The notes beneath the pieces are model-generated. The model saw only the letters and a list, made by a program, of their open reading frames with translations, did not search any database and had not been told where the DNA came from. The translations under genes were made by a program, and so were the position numbers. DNA of 63,756 nucleotides, filler included, from Octopus bimaculoides (lineage: Eukaryota): assembly GCF_001194135.2 (NCBI RefSeq). It is 3 parts of 3 records of this genome, joined end to end, with 100 filler letters (N's around TTAATTAATTAA, not from the genome) between each part and the next. Parts side by side here need not be neighbours in the genome. Positions count along the whole stretch, not along the records: positions 19,204 to 45,432 come from NC_068990.1; positions 45,533 to 63,756 come from NC_068989.1; 1 more part is not named here. One strand, 5' to 3'. Positions 36,495 through 49,646 of this stretch are shown here, in pieces; positions within the stretch are counted from its first letter, which is position 1; the number at the start of each line of letters is the position of its first letter.

Positions 36495-37125
36495 ACAGGC
36501 ACAGGTGTGGCTGTGTGGCTGTGTGCGAGCTGGCAGAAACGTTAACACACCGGGCGAAAAGTTAGTAATATTTCGTCTGCCGTTTCGTTCTGAGTTCAAA
36601 TTCCGCCGAGGTTGACTTTGCCTTTCATCCTTTCAGGGTCAATAAATTAAGTACCAGTTATGCACTGGGGTCGATGTAATCGACTTAAGCCCTTTGTTTG
36701 TCCCCTCTATGTTTAGCCCCTTGTGGGCAATAAAGAAATAAGAAGTTTGCTTCCCAACCACATGGTTCTGGGTTCAGTCCCACTGCGTGGCATCTTGGGC
36801 AAGTGTCTTCTACTATAGCCTCGGGCCGACCAAAGCCTTGTGAGTGGATTTGGTAGAAAGAAACTGAAAGAAGCCCGTCGTATATATGTTTATATATGTA
36901 TGTGTGTATGTGTTTGTGTGTCTGTGTTTGTCCCCCCAACATTGCTTGACAACTGATGCTGGTGTGTTTCCGTACCCGTAACTGAGCAGTTCGGCAAAAG
37001 AGACCGATAGAATAAGTACTAGGCTTCCAAAGAATAAGTCCTGGGGATGATTTGCTCGACTAAAGGCGGTGCTCCAGCATGGCCACAGTCAAAAGACTGA
37101 AACAAGTAAAAGAGTTAAAAGAATA
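36495..37125 (+). mobile_element. SINE A with a SINE B nested in its head (about 36522-36740)
   Basis: The A head GGCTGTGTGG is interrupted by a complete B copy and resumes at TAAGAAGTTTGCTTCCC. Confidence 0.85.
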
Positions 37126-38229
37126 ATAATATATAACAATGTAAAGAAACCTTTGTTAAACTGCTGTTTAGATGTGTGATTCTAAGATTCTTCATCGAAA
37201 CAGTGTTAGTATTTGAGATTATAATAAACTTTCTCTTAATTTAGATTGAATTCATGACTAAAAAAAAAGAAAAAGAAAGAAAAGAAAATAGAATTGCTGT
37301 ATATTTGCCAAATGGGAGGTATTTATCAAAGGACAAAGAAAAGAAACTAGAGGCAACTGTTACTTTTGGCACAGCTGTAGCATCATTATCTGCTTAAATC
37401 TGCTTTCTACATACCAAGAAATAAGGAAAAAAAGAAAAGAATTACATCTCTTGTTGAAAGTTCACCTGACATATGAAAAAAAGACAATAGAAAGTATGGA
37501 TGATCTGATGAGAAATAAGACAAAATGTTAAAAAAAAATTATCGTTAGCACATGCAATCATTTTTAGTGTTTTTCCTGAGTGAATTTATCTGACTTAAAC
37601 CATAATATCAGCAAATAAATCAAGTTGGCCCTACTTTTAGATATCATTTGTTGATTGGTAATAAATATTCTACAAAGTATCCTGAAACTCGCAGTAAATT
37701 CCTTACTAGCAGAATTTGCAGTTGTATATAAATTTCACAATGGAAGCGTTTCACTTTCGGTTGATAAACATAACTTGACGAAAGCGCATAAACATTCATA
37801 GGCTCAGGAACAGGAGGTGCAGGACAGCAAGTGTAGCCTTAAAATTTTTTGTTGGGGCAATGAAAATGCTTTGAATGTCCTGGGTTGAATCTGGGTTTGC
37901 AGCCCCTAAACAAATTTTGTTCCCACACTTAGGTGCAGGAGTGGCTGTGTGGTATGAAGCTTGCTTCCCAACCACATGGTTCTGGGTTCAGTCCCACTGT
38001 GTAGCACTTTGGGCAAGTTTCTACTATTACAGCCTCAGGCCATCCAAAATCTTGTGGGTGGATTTGGTAGACAGAACCTGAAGAAGTCCATCATATCATC
38101 ATCATCATCATCATCAGCATCATCATCATTTAACATCTGCTTTCCATGCTAGCATGGGTTGGACGATTTGACTGGGGACTGGCGAACCAGACTTCAATTT
38201 TCTTCATTTCTCTCTTTTATCATTTTATA

Positions 38230-38880
38230 ATTCCCACTCCATACCGAAGTGATGCTATTGCTCATGTATTAACTGCTTGGATTTTATTTTATCTCGTCTA
38301 TTTTGAGTGCAGCACCAACCTCAGTCTTCAGAAATACTCCATCCTCAGTTGCTCTTTCATTTCTTTTTCAATTATCTCATTGAACTCTAGTACACCAAGG
38401 TATTTGTATCCTTCCATTTCACTTTGTTTAATCTAGTCTCTATTTGGTAATTCTATCCTGGCAAGGGACTGTACCTTGCCTCTTTATAGGTAGGTTACAC
38501 TGCATTTCTTGAGTCCAAATTCCATTCTAATATCAGTACTAAAAAAGTGGACTGTGTTCGCCAAGGAACTCGCTTGTGCCTCATCTTTGCCATACAGTTT
38601 CAAATCATTCAAGAGGAGGTGGTTGATTGTTTGGGATTTTTCCTTTTGTTGGTACCCCCAGGTTCATTTTCCTGAGTACCAAGGTCAGGGCTATTGTGCA
38701 GAGAATGAAAAACAATGGAGATAGGCTGTCACCGAGGAAAATCTCTCTTCTGATACCCAGAGTGCCCAAACTTTTTCAATAAGATGTCAGTTCAGTTTTC
38801 CATCCCACCATACTTCTCTTCTGGAAACACATTACATTACTCACAATTCCAAACAGATCTATTATTATTATTGTTGTTAC

Positions 38881-38914
<34 letters not shown>

Positions 38915-40430
38915 GTTATTATTATTATTATTATCATCATTATTATTATTATGCCAGTGCATGCTATTTTAGGCAACAAGTATCCTCAAAACTCAAGAAT
39001 CTTCCTTAGGATTCTTATTGAATTTCAGGATAGTACTTTTCCGTGGGACAACAACATGAGTTTCAATTCCAAACTCTTTCAGTCTTTTAGGTAGCACTTT
39101 GAGTGTTGTGCCAAATGCACCAATTACTACAGGAATAATTGTTGTCCTGGTCTTCCACAGCCTCCTCAGCTCTCTGACTGGATCCTGATATTTCTCATTT
39201 TCTTTCAATTTCTTTTATATAGACTCTGCTATCATAGGGAATTGCAAAATCTATGATCTTATATTGTTTATTTTGTCCTCTTATCATCATTGTTGTTGTT
39301 GTTTTTGTTATTACTATTTGATGAAAACTCTCAGCTTATTTTGCTGGGTATAATGGAATGTGTTAGCTGTCAACAGCCAGCAGACTAAAGTGGCACTTGT
39401 TTACTGATCATACTTCAAGAACCACGCAGAGAACTCTTGCAGTTCCAAATAAAGAAGATTTTTGTAGGTGTTCTATCATTATGTTTGCACCAATCTTTTT
39501 GAGACATGTTGGTAGTTGAATGCTGATACTTCTAAACACTCTAATTACTATTGGTATCATGTCGACTCACTTTATTGCCTACAACCTGCGTATTTCCCAC
39601 TTCAATTTGTCAAAGTTGTTCACTTTTTCTTCTTCTTTCTCTTTGATCCTGTTGTCACCAGAAAATGTTATGTCAATTATCAGGCATGTTTTTTTCACTT
39701 TTCTGTTCACCACAACAATGTTAGGTTTCTGATGTCTAATATGACTGAATCATTTCATCCCACAGAATTTTGCAATCCTCATTCTCGGTAACACCTTGTA
39801 GGATTTAGTCATGCCACATCTTTGATCTTTCTTGGTTATAATTTCCGCAGAGCTCCCAATGGATCATTCTCACCACACTGTCACATCATTTTTATTATAC
39901 AGTAGTCTTATTTTCATCATGTGCTTTCACTGCACAACTGAACACAGTTCTGTGTGCATTGGGTATGTGCTGTGGTTTGTTGTGGTGCTTTTATTTTCAC
40001 TGTATTGAAAGAGCTTTACATAGGATGTATGCAGTGCCTAGTAGTGCTATTTTCTGTCTGTTATATACACTCATAAGTCCTGGTTATATGGTTATGCATT
40101 TGTCTGAATGTCTTTTAATCATGCCTAGTGCACCTATTATTATAAGGATTGTTTCTGTTTTTAGGCTCCACATTTGGGTTACCTCTATTTCCTGATCTTT
40201 ATATTTTGAGCGTTTCTCTTTTTTTTTTAAAGATATATTGTCATCTGTTGGTAATGATACATTGATTAGGTATTCTTTCTCTGGGTGATTTCTGACAACT
40301 ATATCTGGTTTATTAGCCTTGATTCCTTTGTCTGTATTTATTGGTATATCTCAGAGTATGGTTGCTTTGTCATTTTCTGAGACCTTCTCTTTTTTTTGTT
40401 GTTGTCATTTCATAGTGTTGGCATAGCTTC
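38230..40430 (-). mobile_element. Cluster of R4/Dong-type LINE fragments interleaved with (ATT)n
   Basis: NDLKLYGKDEAQASSLANTVHFFSTDIRMEFGLKKC (RT 5-7, 38500-38620); KENEKYQDPVRELRRLWK...IPVVIGAFG (RLE, 38993-39208); further decayed RT-to-RLE sequence to 40430. Confidence 0.75.
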
Positions 40431-40465
40431 CAATGTATATAGAACCATTATTGTAATTATTATTA

Positions 40466-40530
<65 letters not shown>

Positions 40531-41295
40531 GTTATTGTTGTTGTTGTTGTTGTTGTTATTATCATTATTATTATCATTATTATTATCATCATCATCATCA
40601 TCATCATCATTATTATTATTGGATGGCAAGATAAGGTGGCAAGCTGGCAGAATTGTTAGCATGCTGGGTAAAATGCTTAGTGGCATTTCATCCATCTTTA
40701 TGTTCTCTTTATGTTTAAATTCCGCTGAGGTCAACATTGCCTTTCATCCTTGCAGGGTCAATAAATTAAGTACCAGTTGAATACTGGAGCCAATGTGATT
40801 GACTAGCCCCCTCCACCAAAATTTCAGGCCTAGTCCCTGTAGTAGATAGGATTATTAGATGGCAAGCTAGCAGAATCGTTAGCACATCAGACAAAATGCT
40901 TATCCGCATTTTTTCCAGTTCTTTACATTCTGATTTCAAATCCTACCAAGGTCAGCTTTGTCTTTCATCCTTTTGTAATCAATAAAATAAAGTACCTGTC
41001 AAGTACAGGGGTCAATGAAACCGACTTTCCCTTCTTGCAAAATCTGCTGGCCTTGTACCAAAATTTGAAAGAATTATTATAATTATTTCAGTCATGAAAT
41101 ACAACAAATTGCATTCATCATTTGTCTCTCTTGGGTGTTCAATTTTGCTTTTTATTCTTCCAGGTCAATTAAATTTATGGCCTTCTTCTAAAGTGTGAAA
41201 TCATTTTTAGTATTGAAATTATTGTGATTAATATGCACAAACAAGCACACTCATACATGAAAGTCCATACACACGCACGCACGCACACACACACA

Positions 41296-41331
<36 letters not shown>

Positions 41332-41454
41332 AGACATACACATACAATTTAGACATTCCAGTTAGGGAATTTCACTAAATTTAGGAATTCATATTGAATT
41401 TGGAAGCAGCAACAAGTGTTGTTGTTGTTGTTGTTGTTGTTTATCCCTTTCATC

Positions 41455-41640
41455 TAGATGGAGGCAAATGGCTTAGTAGTTAGGGTGTTGGACTCATGAC
41501 CGCAAGATTGTGGTTTCTATTCCTGGTCTGTGCGATGCATTGTGTTCTTGTCCACTCAGCTGGCACACATGAGTAATCCTGTGATGGACCAGTGTCACAT
41601 CCATGTGGGGAATATATACACCATGGAACTGGTAAACTGG
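41455..41640 (+). mobile_element. SINE family C-type head with alternative tail
   Basis: TGGAGGCAAATGGCTTAGTAGTTAGGG head. Tail resembles the reverse complement of 53730-53830. Confidence 0.6.
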
Positions 41641-41839
41641 TATGTTCAGTGCTGCAGTTTAACTGGTGCATGTAAGATCAATCTCTAGATCAGTCAAACA
41701 AAACAGAAACATACTCCAGAATGAGCAAGTGTCATCATAATTATGAGTATAACTAATCAAAGAACATTTTAGATATGAACCACAAATGGGGGAACAATCT
41801 ACTCCTGTGCTTTGAAGGAGTTTGGTTTACAGTTCCAAA

Positions 41840-41910
41840 AAACATTATTGAAGAAGGTCAGAGGGTACAAATGGTTGAAATGTTGTGACCATAACAACAA
41901 CCAAAATGAG
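41840..41910 (+). mobile_element. Highly degenerate Penelope/HHR-type tail
   Basis: TTGAAGA-A-GGTCA-GAGGGTACAAA-TGGTT-GAAA-TGTT-GTG, then AACAACAACCAAAATGAG like 4714-4790. Confidence 0.4.
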
Positions 41911-42211
41911 AACACAAATCTGAATAAACTAGCTATGAAGTTGAAAGGGCATGTCATTCATTAGATCATGGAAGGCAGTAAAAGCACTTAGATGAAAACT
42001 GATTGATTGATTTACAGACTGAGCAATTAATAAAACAATTGATTAGTTAATTGGTTAAACAGTTAACTAACTGACTAATAATAAAAGAAGTGACATAAAA
42101 CAAGTGGTGTGTTTTTATTATTGACATAATAACATAATATATTCATTCTATTGTCAAATATATGAGTGCCAGTTTTTCTGACTTCTGGACTCTTTGTTAG
42201 ATGACAATATA

Positions 42212-43140
42212 TGCATCATCATCATCATCATCCTCGTTTAACGTCCGCTTTCCATGCTAGCATGGGTTGGACGATTTGACTGAGGACTGGTGAAACCAGA
42301 TGGCTACACCAGGCTCCAATCTGATTTGGCAGAGTTTCTACAGCTGGATGCCCTTCCTAATGCCAACCACTCAGAGAGTGTAGTGGGTGCTTTTACGTGC
42401 CACCCACACGAAGGCCAGTCATGCGGTACTGGCAACGGCCACGCTCAAAAAGGTGTATTTTATGTGCCACCTGCACAAGAGCCAGTCAAGGGGCACTGGC
42501 AATGATCTCGCTCGAAAGTCCTTACACATGCCGCGGGCACAAATGCCAGAAAGGCGACGCTGGGCACAGGTGCCATCACAATTTCGTTTTCGCTTGCCCC
42601 AATAAGTCTTCGCAAGCTGAGTTTTGTGTCCAATGAGGGAGACGATGTTGGCATGGGCGCCAGTCGTCGAATTTAGTTCGATTTCACTTGTCTCAACAGG
42701 TCTTCGCAAGTGGAGTTTAGTGTCCAATGAAGGAAGGAAGGTACGCAAAAGTGGACTGGCTGAGGCCTTAGATTTAGGTCTCACTTGGCTTGCCGGGCCT
42801 TCTCACGCACAGCATATTTCCAATTGGCAGAGTTTCTACAGCTGGATGCCCTCATCGTCATCATTTAACAGCCATTTTCCATGCTGGCATACGTTCCAGA
42901 CTGACTTGGCATGGTTTTTACAGCTGGATGTCCTTCCTAATGCCAACCACTTGAAGAGTGTAATGGGTGCTTTTTACATGCCAATGGCCACAACTATGAT
43001 TTCACTTAGCTTGACAAGTCTTCTAAAGCACAGCATATCACCAAAGGTCTCAGTCACTTGTCACCACCTCTGTTAGGCTCAACATTCAAAGATCATGCTT
43101 CACCACCTCATCCCATGTCTTCCTAGGTCTACCTCTTATA
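42212..43140 (-). mobile_element. RTE LINE 3' UTR(s) with internal tandem repeats and ORF end
   Basis: (CAT)n-CGTTTAACGTCCGCTTTCCATGCTAGC tail. 42660-42810 matches 60-220. Confidence 0.85.
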
Positions 43141-43145
43141 CACAA

Positions 43146-43186
<41 letters not shown>

Positions 43187-43319
43187 CGCATGCACACACA
43201 CACACACACACATGTACAAGAGGAAGTCAAGAATTATCTACACTTTCACCAAAACTTTCTTTAGGTTGGCCACACTGCCTTCAGTGCTCATGTACTAAAA
43301 GGTAGTACTCCTGTGGTTA

Positions 43320-45126
43320 CATACTCAAGATTTGACCTTGATCACTCCAGTTTTCTTTCTTGTATTACAGAGTAAACATAGCTGCTCTGTTGGCAGTGTG
43401 CATCAACGATGAACAGAGATCAGTGATCCAATTTCTCTAGTCTTAAGATATATCAGAGGCTGAAATTCATCACAGGATTTCAGTACAATATGGGGGACAG
43501 AACTCTACTGCACAGAAGTGTGTATGAGTGGATTGAAAAGTTTTAAAATGGATGGAAGGAGCAGGATGTCCATCAACCCCCATCACTGACAGAAAGTTCA
43601 AGAGATGGTACTAGCAAACCAACCAATGACTACCAATGAGGTGGCATGTTCTCTGCAAATTAATCATGGTTCTGCATAAGAAATCATCCATGACAAGCTT
43701 CACTTCCTTTAAAGTCTGTGTGGGATGGATGCTAAGTGCATAAGCACAATTGTGTCAAGATCTGTCAACAACTTCAACAATGAAGAAAAAGATTTTTTGG
43801 GGAGAGAATAGTCACAAGAGATGAGACCTGGGTTCGTCACTTTGAGCCAGAACCCAATAAGCAGGGTATGAAGTGGAAACATCCAAAACAGCCAACAAAA
43901 ATGAAATTCATGACTCAACTTTCCACAGAAAAAGAGATGTTAAATGTTTTTTGAAATGCGATAGGGTCTATACCAGAACATTACCTGAAAAAGGGTCTAC
44001 GGTCACCATTGTAGGCTACAATAAAATGCTAACATACATACATATATACATATATGTATATTTAGATATCTACCAAATATTTGGTAAAAATATTGTACCT
44101 GTTATCAACATAGCAAAATTCTCATATGAAAAGTTGTTTATAAGACAATTTTGTGTGCATATCAATTTAAATAAGAGCCATAATGCAATCCATAGTAAAA
44201 ACTTGTTTAATAACCTATGCACATTTCAATGCAATATCCTGACTCACTCTTGTCTGAGATAAGAATATGGGGTCTTGCATCTCTTCAGGGTCAAGTTTCA
44301 TTAATTCACAACAGACAGCAAACAACAGACAACATTAATAGTTGTCCTTAAATTACATGTGTATAAACAGGTTGTAATGACATGAAACATATTGAAACTG
44401 CTTACAATATCGGTTAAGAAACCGTTATATAGCAAAGTAAGTAAGTAGTGTATATATCTGATATTTTATGACATGTACTACTTTTCCAACCAGAATCTTA
44501 AAATAAGATTTATTTATATAACCTCCTTGCTTAAACCTTTAGCATTTACAAGGAGGTACACAAAAGTAACCGGAAACATTCTCTGTGGGTCAAGTACATT
44601 GTAATTCAGGCTTCCACTGCAAGAAGTCCCTTGATGCAACTCTTCGGCATCAGTCTGCTGACCGGTGACATTGGGTGAAGTTGTACAGCCACTGTTCATA
44701 CATACTGAAACTAACAATTCACACTAAATGCTAAAGTCTGTTATCAAATCAAGAGTTACTGCTGCACAACAATGCATACCCACATACATTGAAACCATTG
44801 AAAAGTTGGGATTTGAGTTGTTGGAACACCCTGCATACAATCCAGATCTTGCCCCTTCAAACTATCACCTCTTTGAACTGCACGAATACCCTTTACGAGG
44901 TCGTCGAATTGCCATGGGTTAAGAAGTGCAGGAAGTAGTGCATAAGTAGCTGTACAATGAGCGGAAAACCTTCTTCTCCGATGGAGTAAGCAAACTTGTG
45001 GATTGTTGGAAGAAATGCACGGACAAACAAGGAAACTATGTTGAAAAATGGTGTAAGTGTTCAACTCTTAATTTTGTTTTAAGAAATTGCAGAAAGAAGA
45101 GTGCATATAATTTATGACTTACTCGT
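43320..45126 (+). mobile_element. Decayed mariner transposon interrupted by a 693-bp insertion
   Basis: EQRSVIQFL; RSVYEWIEKF; DETWVRHFEPE; HPAYNPDLAPSNYHLF; 3' end ...TGACTTACTCGTA. Confidence 0.85.
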
Positions 45127-45351
45127 ACCCATCCATCTGTCTGTCTGTCTGCCCATCTACCAATCAACCAACCAACAAACCAAATTCACTCACAAAGATC
45201 TGGCTGGCTCGGAGCTTTTAGTAGAAGACACTTGCTGAAGGTGCTACATTGTAGGACAGAACCTGAAATCACATGGATGCAAGGTGAACTTCTTAACCTG
45301 TGCCTGTATATATACATGCATGTATGTATGTATCTCTCTCCCTTTCTCTCT

Positions 45352-45432
<81 letters not shown>

Positions 45433-45476
45433 NNNNNNNNNNNNNNNNNNNNNNNNNNNNNNNNNNNNNNNNNNNN

Positions 45477-45488
45477 TTAATTAATTAA
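45477..45488. other. Assembly linker TTAATTAATTAA
   Basis: 44 N on each side, same as 19148. Confidence 0.9.
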
Positions 45489-45583
45489 NNNNNNNNNNNN
45501 NNNNNNNNNNNNNNNNNNNNNNNNNNNNNNNNATAAAGTTCCTTCTTCAGATATGCCTAGGAATTGATCGATATACATACATG

Positions 45584-45637
<54 letters not shown>

Positions 45638-45789
45638 CATACACACACATATACATACATATATACAGGGTGGTCGCTAGAAAAACGGAATATTCGTGAA
45701 ATGGTGAGTTATATTTTCGCAAGCTCCTTTGAAGTAAACAATGAGCGTCAAATTTTCCGCTTTTCTAGCGACTACTAGGTATATGATGA

Positions 45790-45975
45790 GCAATGACCCT
45801 GAAACTAGTCTCTGGATGCTGGCTTTGCTGTGTAGAGGTGCTTATCTCAACTTTGAAAACATAAGGACACAAGAAATGTGTAAAGTCTAGCAGGAAACAG
45901 TGTTTCCTAGGGCTAAAGAACAGTAGCATTCTTCCCTTTTATGGGACTGTCACATTAAGTTGACAACATACTATC
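45790..45975 (+). mobile_element. Diverged half copy of the foldback family
   Basis: AAACATAAGGACACAAGAAATGTG...GGGACTGTCACATTAAGTTGACAACATAC. Confidence 0.7.
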
Positions 45976-45989
45976 ACTATATATATATA

Positions 45990-46205
45990 TATATTCTCAA
46001 TTCAAACAGGAACAAGCAAGAAAAAACAAGAAAAAACAACAACGCGAGGACGTGGAATAAGTATAGTGTTATTGGATGCTCAGGGAAGAAAAGAAAAGAA
46101 AGTAGATTTCACGTTTCGAGCGGAGCTCTTCATCAGAAATATAGGAAAAGTCCAAAGAAGGGAAAACAGAGAAAGAAAATCGCCAACGATGCACACGCGG
46201 TCACA
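45990..46205 (-). mobile_element. Penelope-like terminal repeat
   Basis: Contains a minimal HHR at 46106-46140 embedded in purine/pyrimidine-skewed repeat sequence. Confidence 0.55.
46106..46140 (-). ncRNA. Minimal type I hammerhead ribozyme, core intact, GUG at cleavage site
   Basis: AUUU-CUGAUGA-A-GAGC-UCC-GCUC-GAAAC-GUG-AAAU: stem I 4 bp, stem II 4 bp, palindromic ACGU stem III. Confidence 0.7.
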
Positions 46206-46285
46206 CACACACACACGCGGTCACACACACACACACACACACATGTATGTATATAGAGAGAGAGTGAAAGAGTGAGAGAGAGATT

Positions 46286-46322
<37 letters not shown>

Positions 46323-47374
46323 TTATATGTATGGGTGTGCATATAATTATGTGGGGAGGGTTGCGAGAGAGAGAGGGATAGAGGGAAGAAGAGATAGCTA
46401 TAAAGGATATGCATGGATCAATCTAACAATAAGACTGCTCTACACCACATATCTTGCTCCACCATTAAACTGCGCTCCAGATTTATCTCCCGTAGCGAGA
46501 CAAACTCTTCCTTCTTTCTGTCCAACACCGAAAACATATTTCATTATTTGGTAACTTACCAGATTGTTTATAGTCCTTTAGAAAGAAGCAAACCCTTTGG
46601 CCCTGTCAATTATCGATCTATTTCACTTATTTTCTGACAGCTCAAGACTGAATAAACTAACTTTTAGGTCTGTCTCTCAAACCTGTCAGTGATCGCCATT
46701 ATTGCTTTCGTTGCTAGTTATATGGCAGCCATGTCTGTGTTTATATGCAATGTGTTACGAGTCATTGCCCAAGACTATTCTGACAGGAAGTATGAAAGGG
46801 GAGAAAGAAAGAGGCTGACAACAACGGTTTGTGGTTTGACGGCACCAAAAATAGACTGGAAACACTAACCTCGTTGATGGGATGCAAATAGGAACCGGCG
46901 GAGAGTGTTGGTAATCCGACCGCTGGACACAGGTGAGGCACCTAGCTGATGGCTGACGGATGGTTAGTTACTACGGAGAAGCAAAGATCGGGTGTTTAGG
47001 ATGTCACAATAATTCACTGAGATTTTCTACACAGGTCTGGTTATTTGGAAGTGACTTTTACGAATTGAACACAGACGGATCAGGGTAGATTGAAGCGTTC
47101 TGCATCTGCAAACTATTCATTGGAAAGAAAACTAGCTTCCCAACCACATGGTTCCGGGTTCAGTCTCACAGTGTGGTACCTTGAGCAAGTGTCATTTACT
47201 ACAGCCTCGGGCCGACGAAAGCCTTGTGAGTGGATTTCGTAGACGGAAACTGAAAGAAGTCTATCGTATATATATGTATGTGTAATATATCAATATTATT
47301 ATCTATACAAGGGCGGCGAGCTGGCAGAATCGTTAGCAGGCCGGGCGAAATGTATTTTCTGTGATATGTATGTA

Positions 47375-47461
<87 letters not shown>

Positions 47462-47629
47462 TTGTGTGTGTGTATTTGTGTGTGTGTATTTGCGTGTGAA
47501 GGCTTATTGTTCTGTGGTTGAAACGTTGGGTTTAGAATCGTGAGGTTGTGAGTTAACTCGCGGTCCAGCCGGTGCGTTATGTTCTTGAGCAAGACACTTA
47601 TTTTCACGCTGCTCCAGTTCACTCAGCTG

Positions 47630-48362
47630 CTTGGAAGGAACGTGTGTAGCGTGCGTTGGTCGCATTGAACATGACAGAGAAAGTTGAGCAGAGAATCTGC
47701 ATCAAATTTTGCCAAAAGCTTGGCGATACCTGCTGAGAGGCCAACGCAAAGTTTTCAGAAAGTTTTCATTGTTCTCGACACAATCAAGATCTTGTGCAAC
47801 TGAGACCCAAGTGCCTTTTGGGCAGCTGAAAGCAGTTTTGGCACAAACTTGGCAGACACGCGTCTCATACCCAAATCTTTAGTGATAATGGACTGAACTG
47901 AACCGTAACTAATCTGTACATCCTCTGATAGCGCACGGATGGTAATTCGACGATTTCCCCTCACAGTTGCACGTACATCTGTGATGTTTTTCTCAGTTCT
48001 GCTGGTTGCAGGTCTCAAAGAACGTTCATCAATATCGACATTTTTTCGGCCATTTTGGAAACGTCTGAACCACTCTTACACTTTTGTACGCTTCATACAC
48101 TCCTCTCTATACACTTTCTGGAAATTTGCGCAGGCCTCTGAGAGGGTATCGCCATGACAACTTTCTCTGTAGTGGTGAATGCGACGTTCACACGCTACAC
48201 ACCTTCCTTCCATGCACTGCTGCAAACAGTGGAAGTGAGTTAGAACGTTAAAACTTAGTGCACATGCACAACAGAGTTCAAGGTCAATTTTTGCCTAGCG
48301 GCTTTACTGTACGCGCTTTAGCTTCGTTACTAAGGCAAGAGTCCGGATACTTATTGATCAGA
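47630..48362 (-). mobile_element. Mariner 5' half plus an inverted duplicate of its 5' segment
   Basis: TIR GTCTGATCAATAAGTATCCGGACT; RPATSRTEKNITDVRATVRGNRRITIRALSEDV...RRVSAKFVPKLL. Plus-strand MTEKVEQRICIKFCQKLGDTC at 47670-47740. Confidence 0.85.
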
Positions 48363-48672
48363 CTTAGTTTGTGTGAGTGTGTATGTGTGCGTATGTATGT
48401 AACAATTATGTATGTTTTTGAGTGTATGAGTCTGTTCCGAAATATATGCGTAGATGTGGTAGCGTGTAAGGCAACCGAGGAAAATCGGTTGATCCATAGG
48501 TTATTAATTAGGTAGATAGTTGGATTGATATATACTTACACACGTATACGCATACACATGGAAGCGCACATACACACCGAAAGAGGGAGAAGTGATGAAA
48601 GAGTCTGGTAAACAGACAGACACATCGGACTTTACATAAATAGATTGATAGCGTTTTATATATATGTGTGTG

Positions 48673-48718
<46 letters not shown>

Positions 48719-49029
48719 NNNNNNNNNNNNNNNNNNNNNNNNNNNNNNNNNNNNNNNNNNNNNNNNNNNNNNNNNNNNNNNNNNNNNNNNNNNNNNNNNN
48801 NNNNNNNNNNNNNNNNNNNNNNNNNNNNNNNNNNNNNNNNNNNNNNNNNNNNNNNNNNNNNNNNNNNNNNNNNNNNNNNNNNNNNNNNNNNNNNNNNNNN
48901 NNNNNNNNNNNNNNNNNNNNNNNNNNNNNNNNNNNNNNNNNNNNNNNNNNNNNNNNNNNNNNNNNNNNNNNNNNNNNNNNNNNNNNNNNNNNNNNNNNNN
49001 NNNNNNNNNNNNNNNNNNNNNNNNNNNNN

Positions 49030-49069
<40 letters not shown>

Positions 49070-49387
49070 ATATATATGATTGAACGCCACGAATCCACTT
49101 CCATGTATATATATATGTATATATATATATGGAGGAGAGGGAGTGCACTCGATCGACATATGGTTTGTCCTATATGCAGCCATGCATACACACGCACACA
49201 CGCACACACGCACTCACGCACACACACATACACATACATACACATATAAAGATAGGCAGACCGTTACGAAGTTGGTAAGATTAATAATTAGGTTGATAGA
49301 TTAGAAGATTCAGCGAATATGCTTGTGTGAATGTACGTGTTTATAAACATATATATATGTATATATGTACGCACACATATAGTAATG

Positions 49388-49482
<95 letters not shown>

Positions 49483-49613
49483 AAGCAGTGCTTATGGCTT
49501 TGTGTTGGTCATGGCCAATTTAAACTTGAGAATGTCTAATCAGATCTAGCAAGTTATTTCCAATTATGATCGTGTACCCTCTAGCATTTAGAAGTCGATT
49601 CTCTGGAGACTAA

Positions 49614-49646
<33 letters not shown>

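Noticed and set aside
46560-46720. GPVNYRSISL / SDRHYCFR as a host exon
   Set aside because: It resembles the NYRPISL...QYGFR RT domain 1 of CR1/L2-type LINEs, so it is probably a decayed TE, too degenerate to call confidently.
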